A stretch of 58,430 nucleotides of DNA, the filler included, from Dirinaria sp. TL-2023a (lineage: Eukaryota): assembly GCA_051941275.1 (NCBI GenBank). It is 8 parts of 8 records of this genome, joined end to end, with 100 filler letters (N's around TTAATTAATTAA, not from the genome) between each part and the next. Parts side by side here need not be neighbours in the genome. Positions count along the whole stretch, not along the records: positions 7,335 to 14,560 come from JAVEBF010001340.1; positions 14,661 to 21,880 come from JAVEBF010001341.1; positions 21,981 to 29,198 come from JAVEBF010001342.1; 5 more parts are not named here. One strand, given 5' to 3'. The position numbers and the translations under genes were made by a program. Numbering within the stretch: the stretch's first letter is position 1; the number at the start of each line of letters is the position of its first letter. The notes under the pieces are model-generated. The model was not told the DNA's origin, searched no databases, and saw only the letters and a program-made list of their open reading frames with translations. This document shows, piece by piece, positions 12,168 through 23,892 of this stretch.

Positions 12168-13679
12168 CACCACTTCGAGTGGTGGGCGGAGGAGAATGGA
12201 AACAATACTTCAAAATGTCAAGAATGCTAAACAAAAATCTCGAAAAGAAAACAACTCAAGTGCAAGCAGAGAACGATAGAATGAAGAGCACAAGACCAAA
12301 GGAAAACATATAAGTAAGTCAGGGTTTTGTTGAGCGCAGTATGTTACCAAAAAGAAATGACTCCATCTTAATCCCGGACTAGCTCTACAGATGATTTTCA
12401 TACCAACACTTTTATGAAGGTGGCTCAGCGCTCCATCGGCGAGGAAACTAGAGATCACGTCACGGCAATTGTTGTGCTGGACAATGGCGTGAAGGCTCGC
12501 GGGCCTAGTGAGCACCCCCGAGCACAGGAGGGCAGTAATAAAACCAGAAAGCCCGTGATTTCTGTGGAGAAGGCGCAGGAAAGGGGCACAATAAAGCTGA
12601 CGATGATGGTCCTTGCGCTACTCGGCCAGCGTTCCTGTGACTAGCCTCTGGTAAGGGTGAACTAGCTTCATCGAACTTTCGCCCGAAGAGGTGGCCTTGC
12701 TTGTCACGGGAAAAAGCATTTCCAGAGCCATGCAATCCCGAAACCACCATCTTGGAACTTGCCCCCAAGGGTCTGTAGAATGAAATTGTTTGGCTGCCTT
12801 TCTGACCGGCTGCCAAGCGAAGGATGTTCGCTTGCTTGTGGTACGAGCATGCTGCTTGTGATCGTCAGGGGCTCAAGTGCGGCTGACGGATTCGCTTGAC
12901 GGTCGCTAGTCTTCTCGCCTGGAAACCCAATCGCAATCGATCTGTGGGGGCCCAGAAATGAGAAACAGAGTGATTTCGTTTATGACCTTCTTGCATTCAT
13001 GGCATCTCCACAGTGGCTTCTCGTGATAGTACCTTTTGACCACCATTTTGCAAAGATTGAATCGATCCCATAAGTGAGCTCATGTGCTGGAACAAAAGCC
13101 AAAATCGGCGACTACACGAGTTAGCCACAGAAATCTTAATTCCGGCTTGCTTCATGTTTCATCTCCCGCCCATCTATGCAGGGCTGAAGTTTTATGTGGG
13201 GTACAATCTTAATCAGGCCACTTGCCATTGGGTGTGGGTGCATTCGTGTGAGGGCTGTGCCAAGTCAGGCCACCCACCGAAAATGAGTGGCAATAACAAC
13301 GGCCCTCCCGATCGTCTTGCATTTGATGCTAGACTTTGTGAAGGAAATTATCGCGTGTACGAGACGCATCGACATTTTTTTCATCGTCAACATCGACGCT
13401 GACAAGACTATTACGTACACCGCAATGATACTCATAATCTTATCGTTATGCTCTAACTAATATTTCGAGCTCTGCGTTGTCAACGAATGTCGTCATCAAC
13501 ATCGTAATTTGAAACTGAATTTTGTTTCATGTCTCTTCATGTTAAAACAAATATATGACGTTTTTTTCATGAAAAAGAGTGACTAAATTAATCGAATAAA
13601 GATTTAACACTGTTTGCTCTGATTTGAAAAACAAATTAACACGAAAATTTATTAAACAGACGATACGAAAAATTGAGAA

Positions 13680-14560
13680 TTTTTTTTTTTTTAATTCTTA
13701 CTCGATTCAACACTCACAAGAGGTTTATGCGAGATCTATATACTTATATCGGCGGCGCGTCAGCGCTGCGTCGACTTTTTTCTTGTTACGCGCAGTTTTC
13801 TCTATTCATAATACTAGAAAATCCTTCATGCGAGGACTCTATAGATCTAAGAATTCGAAGAAAAAGCAGTCGTCTGAAATTGACTGAGTAGATTAGTGAA
13901 TAAAATCATGCGTATCGTCGCTGTGACATCAGCGACGTTATCGAGCAGCTTTCTCACATCTGTGATGTTATTCGTTCTTCGTTGCATCTTTAGTCTTTTC
14001 TGTCTTCACGTAGAACACGTTAGTAGCACGTGTCTGATTGTCATGCGATCTTGTTCGCAGTCGCAGATTTCTGTGATCACTTCAGAGACGAGTCGCTCGT
14101 TTAAAAATTGATTGAAATTTATTTTACTCGTTCTCAGCTGTGTAAGCAAAACGCTGTGTGACTTCGCTCGATCATCGTGAAGTCGCATATGACGCTGAGT
14201 TATCGTAGACGTCAACGCGCGATAATGAGCTTCGTTGATGTCTTTTTTTTTCATTTTCTTCGTCATTCTGCGCGAATTTGTTCTTGAATCAGTGCTGCTC
14301 TGACAACAGATTCACACGTCAGTTGATCGAGCAGCGAATATTTGTATGTCTCGTTGATTATTTTATTCGTTTTTTTATTGTTTTTTATTTTTTTGTGATC
14401 GAGTATTCAATGAAATTCGAGTGAAGTTTTTTTTCTCGTATCGTCTCGCACGCGCTCTGTATGCGTCGTAAACGTGACTGATTTGTTATCGAAATCATTG
14501 TGTGTATCATTTTTAATAAGATTTGATTGTTTGAGTAAACTTTATACACTTTGTTTACGC
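13680..14560 (-). mobile_element. Hypermutated 3' fragment of a Tad1/I-like non-LTR retrotransposon (RNase H end, CCHC knuckle, poly(A))
   Basis: Minus-strand remnants FH*ILDHKKIKNNKKTN (like WIPGH.GI.GNE.AD), LLTQLRTSKINFNQFL...CDCEQDRMTIRHVLLTCST* and ILFTNLLSQFQ (like TGLLGQF); stop 13847-13849; T-run at 13680-13692 is poly(A) on the minus strand; truncated by contig end. Confidence 0.85.
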
Positions 14561-14660
14561 NNNNNNNNNNNNNNNNNNNNNNNNNNNNNNNNNNNNNNNN
14601 NNNNTTAATTAATTAANNNNNNNNNNNNNNNNNNNNNNNNNNNNNNNNNNNNNNNNNNNN
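14561..14660. other. Artificial contig linker
   Basis: N44-TTAATTAATTAA-N44. Confidence 0.99.
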
Positions 14661-15094
14661 TTTTCGTTTTAGAAGAGCTCGCGCTTTCTCTCTCTCTATC
14701 ACCAAATTGTTAGGGACTGACAATGATAGGGCCTGTAATGCCTAATAATGTAGGCTTGCTGTACGTACCTAGGTGCTAAAATACCCAATGTAGGCCGGGG
14801 GTAAGCCCTACTGTATGGCCGGCGCTAAACCCGATCGAGCATACCCTCCGCAATGGAACACACCGTGCTAAGGTAAAGAAAGGCATGGAAAATCCATGTA
14901 TGACACAAATCTTACACGAACATATGTATAACTTCCTCGAGTGCTAATGCGGTTTTACTTTAAAAAAGAGAAAAGAAAAAAAAAGGAAACGAAGAACATG
15001 TTTTTTGAGTAAGGTACAGATTTTTCCCTACAACTTTTAACCTGATGATGATCATGACAGCAACAGCCAATGAAATCAAATTAACCAAAATAAA

Positions 15095-16364
15095 TCACGG
15101 TTCATCGGCATGCACCTCTTCCCTGAGTCCACTGCTCTGCTTAGGCCCATTGCCGCCAGCGGCCGCCTGCTGCATTATCGCCTCGTTGACGTCTGCATCA
15201 CCCCCATGATCCTTCAAAAGCGCCTGATTGCCTTCCTCTTCCGTCACGAGCGCGTCTTCATTCTTGTCCTCTGCCTGGTCGGCATCGACGTTCGTGGCGG
15301 CGGCAGCAGCGGCAGCAGCCTCCTTGGCTTCGTGGGCTTCCAACTTCTGGCGAGCGGCCTCTTTGGCCCCGGCAACCACCTCCTCAAAGCCGGCGTGCTC
15401 GGAGTGCTTCTTGTAGTAGTACTCCTTCTTGTCCGTGTTGGCGCTGGGCTTGAGGTCCGGGCTGAGCTTGTCAAGCACGACGCTGAGGATGTTGTCGATC
15501 GATTGCTGGTTGGAGCCATCGCGGTTCCAGATGCTGATGAGGTTCGACTTGAAGCGGACAGAGAACGTCAGGCCGCAGATGTCGTCACCTGTTCATGGTT
15601 AGGGAATTCCCGGCAATGGTGCTGAACAGTGAACGTGGGATGAGGTGGGGCTTACGAGGCTGCAGCACCGGCGCAAATTGTTCCCCGATAGCCAGCATCA
15701 AGACTTCCTGCCAGAATTGCTCGCTCTTGGCCTTCTGCACGCGAAAGATCCAGCAGCCGCCTTTGATATTGCGGGAATCTTCCCAGACAGGCTTGATCCC
15801 GCGCTTGAAGAAGTGGACGGAGTCCTTCATGTTGAGCGCGGCCAGGGGGAAGTTGTTGATTGTGCTCCAGAAGGGCTTCAAGGTGACGATGCCCCCTTTC
15901 ATGAGCGTGAGCCGGTTCTCGTACGAGGAACCCTCGGCATGCTTGTCGAAATAGAAGTTCCAGGCGTACTTTAGTGGCGGTGGACGCATGCGTCGAAGCA
16001 TAGCCAGCTTACGATCTTCGCGCTCAGCGGTGCGTTCCACGGGCGTAATATTGTTCGGGTCTTCAGCGACCGAGGACAGACCGGTGGTCTGGAGGGCAGG
16101 ATGTCTCGACATTTTCTTCTTCTGGTGGTAGCGTGCTTTGGCCTTAGCAAGGGCACTCTTGAGACCGTATTTGGCGCAGTGCTCGTTGTCGGCTCCAATA
16201 AAGTGGAGAGTGCCGGATGCTTCGAGTTGGTTGAAGATATGGGTGATGCGGCCGGAGAGGGTGTTGTCGCGGCCTGGCGAGGGTGGAATTAGCATTAGTT
16301 CGGAATCGGCACCGCGGCGATCGCAGGCCTTGGCGGGCACAGTTGAAGGCAAAGGTGACTCCAT
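15095..16364 (-). CDS. eIF4E-family cap-binding protein, non-canonical (Tyr at the W56-equivalent); intron 15589-15655; start may instead be the ATG at 16112
   Basis: PPLKYAWNFYFDK, KPFW, HFFKRGIKPVWEDSRNIKGGCW, FWQEVLMLAIGEQF, DDICGLTFSVR, ISIWNR, YYKKH. Confidence 0.92.
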
Positions 16365-16420
16365 TGTGCTCGTTGATTGAATATTGGAATGCAATTGGTT
16401 GATGAATAAAGCAGCAGTGG

Positions 16421-16547
16421 GAATGCGTTCAACGCTTCGAATGTGATATTATTGGGGAATTTTGGATTGTAAATGAATGCGTTCAACGCTTCAGACGGAG
16501 TAGGGGTTGGGCAATGCTTGATAGCAATTGAATGCGTTCAACGCTTC
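16421..16547. repeat. Three identical 18-bp quasi-palindromic repeats GAATGCGTTCAACGCTTC at 16421, 16475 and 16530
   Basis: Exact copies with 54/55-bp periodicity just upstream of the eIF4E gene. Confidence 0.9.
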
Positions 16548-17726
16548 AGATGTGATATGGACTGTGCAATGCCAGATTGAAATTGAGAGGATAGCTGTGA
16601 GAATACAGTGGTCGAACAATGCAGATAATATACTTTGGGGAAGGAGAGTGAAATAAGGAAGTAGAAATTTATGGGAGGGAATGGCGCTAGTGTGAAGTAT
16701 CACTCCCAGATAACAATGAGGTCTTTGCTCGAGGGCGAATCAAGAGACAATAGCTCTGTGTATCCCATCCCACTTTTTCATGGTTTCGAGGGAGATTTTG
16801 GATCTCGGCTGTTGCCAGCCCAATCGCTGCAAGACCTGTGTTATCAAGTCCCAGTTCGAGGAAATGGTAAGGCAAGTTCTCTGGCTTCGAGTGGATACTT
16901 CTCAACCAAAGCTCTCGAAGTGAAATACCCTTGTCTGGATGCATACTTTGAGTACGCCGGGACTGAAGGCCCTATACATCCAGTATCCTTGGATATCATT
17001 CACATGGGGATATGACGAGCCAGCACCAGCCATCTCAAATATTTCCTCACATGATTCTCTCTCTGTTTTGCCGTGATTCGAAATGTTGGGCGTCTCCCAC
17101 ATGCAGACAGATGAAGGGAAGCAAGGCGTTTTGGTGAAAATGAGACTGGTGTATGTATTCACTGAAGAAAGCAGCTGTTACTCACCGTGTGTGGTTCAAG
17201 CTTGCGGCTACGCAGTGGTGGTAGAAGGATCCATACAGCTCGGGGCTGCGATAGAGGTTATATAGGTTTCTTGAAGATGATGAAGATGAAGTTGTCATGA
17301 CCCAAAGGGTCACGTTTCCCTTCTTCCAATCCATCTCGAGACGTTCAACGTGTCGTCTCATGCTCGCCCTACACAACATTCCTCCGGCCGGCGCTTAAAT
17401 TAGCGTCACGCTATTTCCGAAGCTAAGTCTTCGCTTACGGCTAGTGCTGTGACAGCCGGAGTGCTGATTACAAAGCATCAAAGACGCAATAAGGGGTAAT
17501 GCTGTCCTCTCACGAATACATGAAAATGAGAATCATCTCGAAAGCTTCCCAAACATGTTGAATTAATTATGTACACATCACTCGCCCATACAGCGTGCGC
17601 TTCCCCAAACCCCTACATCGAACACTCAAGTATCTACATATTCAGTATATGCAACAAAACCCTCTTCCTTCTACTTGAAATGCGTTCGATGATCAAACCC
17701 TGTATCTCGATCTCAAGGATGGACTT

Positions 17727-20700
17727 TCAGATCGGCGCCGGAGTGCCACACTTCGCGCACTGCATCCTGACAGCTCCTCGGCCGGCCATCGCCTTCCAAC
17801 TCCCCTCCCCGCACCGAGTACATTTCAGTTCTCCTCCACCTGGCGCATCGTCTGTCTTGACCAAGCTCTCCTCGCTGCTCAACGCGCTAGCGGTTGTGAT
17901 CTCCCGCTGCAGCGGCACTTCCAAACGATGATGATGTATACTATTTCCATCATCTGCGCTGCCGAAATCTTCGACACTGGTCCCTCCACTGTTGAGCGCG
18001 GAATGGTCGTCAAGATCGGTATCAAGGCTGTGTCCTCCGTTCGTTGCCGAGCGAAGTGGATGGGCCGCACGAGCGGCTTCTGCTTGCGACTTGTACAGTT
18101 CACGGTTCCAGAACATATAACTTTGGTCTCCTTTCAGCATCAACGGGTCTTGCTCGGCGACGAACTGAGTACCTGAATTGCTGTTTTGATGGGTCGAAGC
18201 GACAACATTGTAGGAACTGGAGAGTTTCGCTTCTTCATCGCTGCGCCGGGGGCTAGTAGGTGGGGAAGTGGCGGCTAGGGAGGGCGTGGTGGCTGCAGTG
18301 AGCGGGTGAGAGTTGTTGCCCTGGCGCAGCGTGTAAGTATTATTCGAACTGGACCTTAATGAGCCGGCTCCTAGTGATTTGCGGGGCGAGATACTCCGCC
18401 CGTGCGGCTGCGAGTTTTCAAAACTCCCGTTAGTAGATCCGATGCTTTGGCGCCAGCGATTGATGCGGTCAGTGGAGGGGTGATGATTGCTGGAGAGGGA
18501 TGTCCGACTGTTGCGTGTCGCAACCGAGTTACTCCGTCCAAGCATCTTCTTGCTGAAGCCAGTGTCGTTGCTGCGGAGGCGCTTTTGATACGCACAGTCC
18601 TGGCGGAAAACTTTTATATGGCCCATGTAGTCAGCTGTCACGATGATATTGCCACCAGGGTGTGTCGAGCGAGCGATATAGGCGGGTGATTCTTCGGGTT
18701 TGCTGACGCGGCGGAGTTCTGGGGTTGCAGGCGTGCCAGGTATGCTGGAGTCGGATAGTTTGTGATCGAGTTGACTGGGGGGTTTGGACGAGGAATGGGA
18801 TTCGCTTCGACTGATAAGCTTGACTGGAGGTGGGTTGCATAAGTCGTAAAGAGGGTCGCCAGAGGCACTAAGAAGCTGACGAGTTTTGCTGGGGGCGATG
18901 ATGGCAGCCGTGACAATCGCCGGGTGCGCTTCAAAAACTTCGACAGGTCGCCGATCTTTGTCAACTTCTGGCGAACCGGTAGACCAGATATACGCTTTTC
19001 GATCCTCGCTGCCACAGATTACGTATTTGGCATCCTCGCTGAAGGAGGCATGGATTTGAGAGCACGTGTTTTCGTTGCCTTTCAGTTTGACCTCCAAGCC
19101 TTTGTCTCTAAAATTATATATCCGTACTCGAGAGTCATTGCTTGTAATTAGGAGCTTTACATCGCCATTCGGATCATTGGGCGGATATGTAATGGCTTGT
19201 ATGCCGGTGACTTTGCTACCCTTGGCATTCTTCCCATGGGCAGAGCGGACATGGACTTGGGTCTGATACTTCAAACCTTCAGTCTCATAGAACAGGCAGA
19301 GTCCATTCAGACATCCTGCTATTGAGGTCTTGCCGTCGGGAGAAAACGCGACAGAAGTGATCAAGTCAGGAACTTGGACCCAGAAGGCGACGCTCTTGTC
19401 TGGAATGCTCCACAGGCGAAGTTTCGAGTCCAAAGAGCCAGCTAAGAAAAAGCGATCATCTTTCGGGTGGAACTGTATCGATGTTACGAAGTCATTATGC
19501 TTGAAGCAACATAGACACTCGTTTCTGCTGACGTGCCATAGCCGAACGGTTTTATCCATCGACGAAGAAAGGAGGAAATTGTTCTGTCGCTATTAGAATC
19601 GACCCAAACACCCAGTCTGATTACCAGCAGCAACATACCTTGCTCCATGCGATGTCCAGTATGCTTGCGGTATGTCCTCCATACTCCTGTATTGTTCTTC
19701 TCTTGAACACAGGCGCGCTCAGTCTCACACTGTGCCCTCCCTTTTCGGCTGCGTCCTCGGCTTTTTCGTGCTCAGCGCGATCCTCAGCTGTCGCAATCAC
19801 GGCCCAGACCCTGACAGCGTAGTCCTGGCCTCCAGCAGCTAGGTATCTGCCGTCCTTTGAGAACTCCATGGCCCAGACTGCATTCCCATCCTTCCTTGGG
19901 TCGCCGCTCTTGAAGCCTCCATTCTTGGCTAGTCGTCCACCGCTTTGTGCAAATTCAAGCCCAGTTTTACCCCTCAGCTCTTGTGCGAGAAAAAGCCTGT
20001 TGAATTCTCTCTCCTTCTTTCCGTGGCAGCGAACTTTGATGTACTTCGGTGGTGAGGGAAAGCGAGGTATGAAGCCGATGGGTTGAGAAAAGACATCCGC
20101 ATCCATACCTTCGGTTCTCTTGTCGCCCATATCCGATTCATCATCGAATGTCTCCAAGGCCGTATCCTTCTTCTTCGCAAAGCGGCTGAAGAACGATACT
20201 CGGTTTCTGGTCAAAAGTCAGCTCGCGGTCAATGCCATTTTCGGCTTTTTTGCCCGTCAATCCAATCAAAATGGTCTACCACACATCCAAGCACGAGCAC
20301 TCACCGTTTGTCCTTTGTGTTCGAGTCCGTAGACTCTGCTCTTGCTAGGGCTGGATCGAGGGATGTTCGAGCTGAAGTTGCAGAGTTTCCAAAATCGGGG
20401 GTTATCGAACGTTCATCAGAGGGTGTGGATGCGCGCGCTCGTTGTGGGAGCAAAATTTGTGTGTTTGTGCGACTAAGAATGTGCTGGATTGAAATATGCT
20501 GTCAGCTATTGTCGTTGTACGTCTGGGACTCGTGGATCAGGCGTACATTGGACAGTGGGTCAATTGCAGGCTGCTCTCTCTTGATCTCTGTGGATTCATG
20601 TGATGGCACACCAGGTGCAGTCTGGTAAGTCTTGTTCTGGGATTTGACTAATTTGGCGGGTCCTCGCGCTGGGTTCACGGTCAGCTAAGATCCACGTAAG

Positions 20701-20870
20701 ATGCTTATGGGCGTATCCGAGCTAGTATAGAATATTATTGTCTAACCTTCGGCGGCGGCGCCAGACTTAGGTCTTCCATCTCTCGCATTTAGAGCTGTGG
20801 GTGATGTGATTGGGCTTCGGTTCCGGGCTTGGGGATCAGTGACCCTGATCTGTGGCAGTACTTCTGCCAT
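17727..20870 (-). CDS. WD40-repeat protein, WDR44/Dgr2-Laf1-like (4 exons)
   Basis: AVWAMEFSKDGRYLAAGGQD, GHTASILDIAWSK|NNFLLSSSMDKTVRLWH, CLCCFKHNDFVTSIQFHPKDDRFFLAGSLDSKLRLW, LLITSNDSRVRIY; ATG at 20870 linked by GT-AG introns. Confidence 0.92.
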
Positions 20871-21429
20871 TGTGCTGTATGGTCGGGAAGAATCGACGTC
20901 ATGGAGCGTTGTGTTTTGACATTGCCAAGCGTGCGAAAAGCATATGGTACCCTGGATTTTCAGCAGAATGAGAAGGAAAGGTTGATCGAGATGGCAGGCG
21001 CTCGTTGACAGTAGAATGCTCGACGTGGCGACAAGAGTGGAGGAACCTTGGTGGTGAAGAGGGAACTGGGGGATTGGAGATGATGATACCTTGCCTTACA
21101 TATATAGCACCGTAAATAAAGTAAAGTAAATGTTGGCTTTGGCCGCTCGGGCTTTTCCCAACGGTTGCGCTAATTGCTTTTCGCGCATAAGGAGACTACG
21201 GTAAGGTAAATCCAGCCTTATCGAAACCTTCCGAGCCCCGGGCCCCCGCAACGCCCTCGGCCTCTTCGGCCCAAGCCATCCGTCTTCAAACAGCTCGATA
21301 ACAATAAGGTACCTTGTCCTGTGCCAGAAGTAACCTCCGAGTATATTCCTATTAAACATACTCCGTACTTACTTGTAACCTACCAAAGTGCATAGAGTCT
21401 CACAGATAGTGGATTTTCTCGACATCATA

Positions 21430-21880
21430 ATGGTATTCTTACCTCCACTGCCCCAAAATCCGTGCTACACTGCTGACACTCCCACTCAGTCCAAGGACTC
21501 TTCCTACACCTACGTGCACATGAATCAGCCTCGCACCGCAGACCTCTTTGAGGTACAACTCTCCAGATTTCCCCCAACTTTTCCTCCCTCGCCCGTTAAA
21601 GCCCCTATCTAGGTTTTTTTTTTTTTATTTTTATTTTTTTTTTATATACCTAACCACTGATCTAGGAGTTCAACCGTCCTCCTCAGCTACCTCATGAAGA
21701 GATCTACGTCCCTCCACACCTCCAGCCTCCCAATCCTGAAGATGAGGATGATGTAGTTCCAGATCAACACGCTGCATTCGGGATTACAAGGGCCACACAG
21801 GCACGGAAAGAATCGGTGTGGAAGGACCTAGGCCTGGATGAGCTGGTCAAAAGGGGGCCGACAGGGGACGCAAGCATAGG
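21430..21880 (+). CDS. APC13: Anaphase-promoting complex subunit Apc13, 3' truncated; exons 21430-21432, 21490-21552, 21666 to contig end
   Basis: Spliced product M|SKDSSYTYVHMNQPRTADLFE|EFNRPPQLPHEEIYVPPHLQPPNPEDEDDVVPDQHAAFGITRATQARKESVWKDLGL fits the fungal Apc13 pattern. Confidence 0.85.
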
Positions 21881-21980
21881 NNNNNNNNNNNNNNNNNNNN
21901 NNNNNNNNNNNNNNNNNNNNNNNNTTAATTAATTAANNNNNNNNNNNNNNNNNNNNNNNNNNNNNNNNNNNNNNNNNNNN
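21881..21980. other. Artificial contig linker
   Basis: N44-TTAATTAATTAA-N44. Confidence 0.99.
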
Positions 21981-23023
21981 GGGGTGAGGGGAATTAAGAA
22001 TCAAAAGATGATATGGATTTTAAATGTCCATCGCATCGTATCGCTAGAACGGATAGGGCCGTATTCATGGTATTGGATTGGATATCTGAAAATCGGAATA
22101 TAAAGTACTCCCTCTCAACATCTTCTATCATTGATTCTTAATTTTCTCGCCGTTCCTCTTTTTTATCTCACTCAGTCTTTGAAAGCCCGATTTTATTTTT
22201 TCTCTCGTTTATCTATGACTTAAAAAGGGTGTTTGTGTTGCTACACTCAAGATAGAATTTGATGCGTGTTTCGGTGGATGTATATGGATGTATGTGGGGA
22301 TGGGGATGGAGATGGAGAAGAGGGGAAATAAATGCGTTGGGTTGGGTCGGTTTTAAGGAATATGGGATGTATAAGTAGGTACTAAGGGAGTATGGTGGGT
22401 GAGGGTGATAATCATCGCCTGAGTGGTCAATAAGTTCCCCGTACCATTGCCATCAGAAACCTGTTACTGCGTTGTATTCTTTTTTTTTTTTCTTTTTTTT
22501 TTTTTTTTGATTTGATAATTTCCAGTCTTGCCACAGCCGCTCTGTTAGACAGATCATGATAGCCTTCAAACACTTTATAGGTCAATTGAGACTTGGAAGT
22601 CAGGGATCGAACCTTGGTCGAAGTGAGTATCATGAAATACATCTGTTCTAAGTTGGAGTTTTTAAAAACAGTACGAGTCAACTGACACTAAGGCATGTTT
22701 CAGTGATAGTGTGCTTGCTCCCCCTCGTCCTAACCTATCTAAGGTATAATCTGGTGCACACTCAGGTGAGGGAGAGGGAGGGAGAACTTAGCCTACTATG
22801 TGCTCAACAATATTCAACGCATGCGGTTCAACGATGTTGTGCGACCACACTCTCCCAAACATCAAAATGAATCTAAACTCGCCAAGCAATCAATTTCGCT
22901 AACGCCCAGCTTAGCCAATGTCAGGACGGACAATCTCCGATTTGTAAAGGCACCCTTCTGATCCTCTTAACCGTGTTAAGATAATCAAGGACATGGATGC
23001 GCTGGTAGAGACTCCTCACACCT

Positions 23024-23892
23024 TCATTGTGGCCGCCCCTCCATCTTTGTCTCCGCTTCAACTTTCTCCTGCTGGTCTCCTGAAGAAAGGTATGCGTCAT
23101 TCGCATTCGCTACAGACTGTCGAGCGGATTTTTCTGCCTCAGCCTTGGAAGCATTTACCTCGGCTGATGTAGCGTGGCTGCCCCATCCGTTGGCAACTAG
23201 TTGTTCCGCTTGCGTTGCGGCCTTGCACCCGCTTGCGGTAATCTTGACGTGGTTTTGTCCACTCGATTGTGGCTCAGGATAAGCATTCGAGTTCGCCATC
23301 GCATTAGATATAGGCAATTTGTCCGAAGAGGGAATCTGAAAGCATATGTGATTAGAAATGCAGGCTCTTCTTTCTTCGCTAGGGGTTTCTTGATCCATAC
23401 TAATTGAGCCTTTTGATTTGGACGGCTGCTTGGTTGGGTCATTCGAGCTGGACGGCTGTTGAGGCACCGGCCTATGTGCTTGGTATCTTCCTGGACGTGG
23501 GTGACAAGGCTGTAAGTTCGCTCGGTGATATGCACTTGCAGAAGGCGAGTCTTGTCGTTCAACGCGCGAAACGTACTGTCGATTTCGTTGCTCTTACTGA
23601 CGACCCAGAACCAATGGTCGTACCAGATATCTTTCGGCCTCAGCAAATTTAGAAGCGAATTGACATCGCTTGCGGTGGCGATCAGAAGAGGGAAGATATC
23701 GTCGCTGTTGAGAGCCTCGTGGGTGCCGATGCGCCGAATTATTCCAAGGAGACAGCTGATGTTGGAGCGTTGTGTTTGATACAATGACGGGCCATCCTGT
23801 GCGGCTTTGTGCAATTTTAAGAGCCGCTGAGCTACCACCTGACTGTATGCAGCAAGCTGAGTTACGCTTGCAATCCCGCTTACAACATCCAT
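23024..23892 (-). CDS. HeLo-like/SesA-type helical domain protein with C-terminal two-repeat HET-s-like amyloid motif (267 aa); intron 23336-23400
   Basis: N-terminus MDVVSGIASVTQLAAYSQVVAQRLLKLHKAAQDGP resembles fungal STAND N-terminal/HeLo-like domains; a GTATGG...CTAAT...TTTCAG intron joins the two ORFs in frame; repeats ITASGCKAATQAEQLVAN and VNASKAEAEKSARQSVAN. Confidence 0.8.

Noticed and set aside
14661..14900. Possible LTR or transposon end at the start of contig 3
   Set aside because: No second copy, terminal signature or coding remnant that I could confirm.
16421..16547. CRISPR-like array of palindromic repeats with 36-37-nt spacers
   Set aside because: Only three 18-bp units, eukaryotic intron-containing context, no cas genes, and spacers partly share sequence; kept as a repeat and possible regulatory site.
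22595..22620. GGTTCGATCCC T-loop-like sequence on the minus strand, suggesting a tRNA
   Set aside because: The T-stem is imperfect and I could not build an acceptor stem or D-arm.
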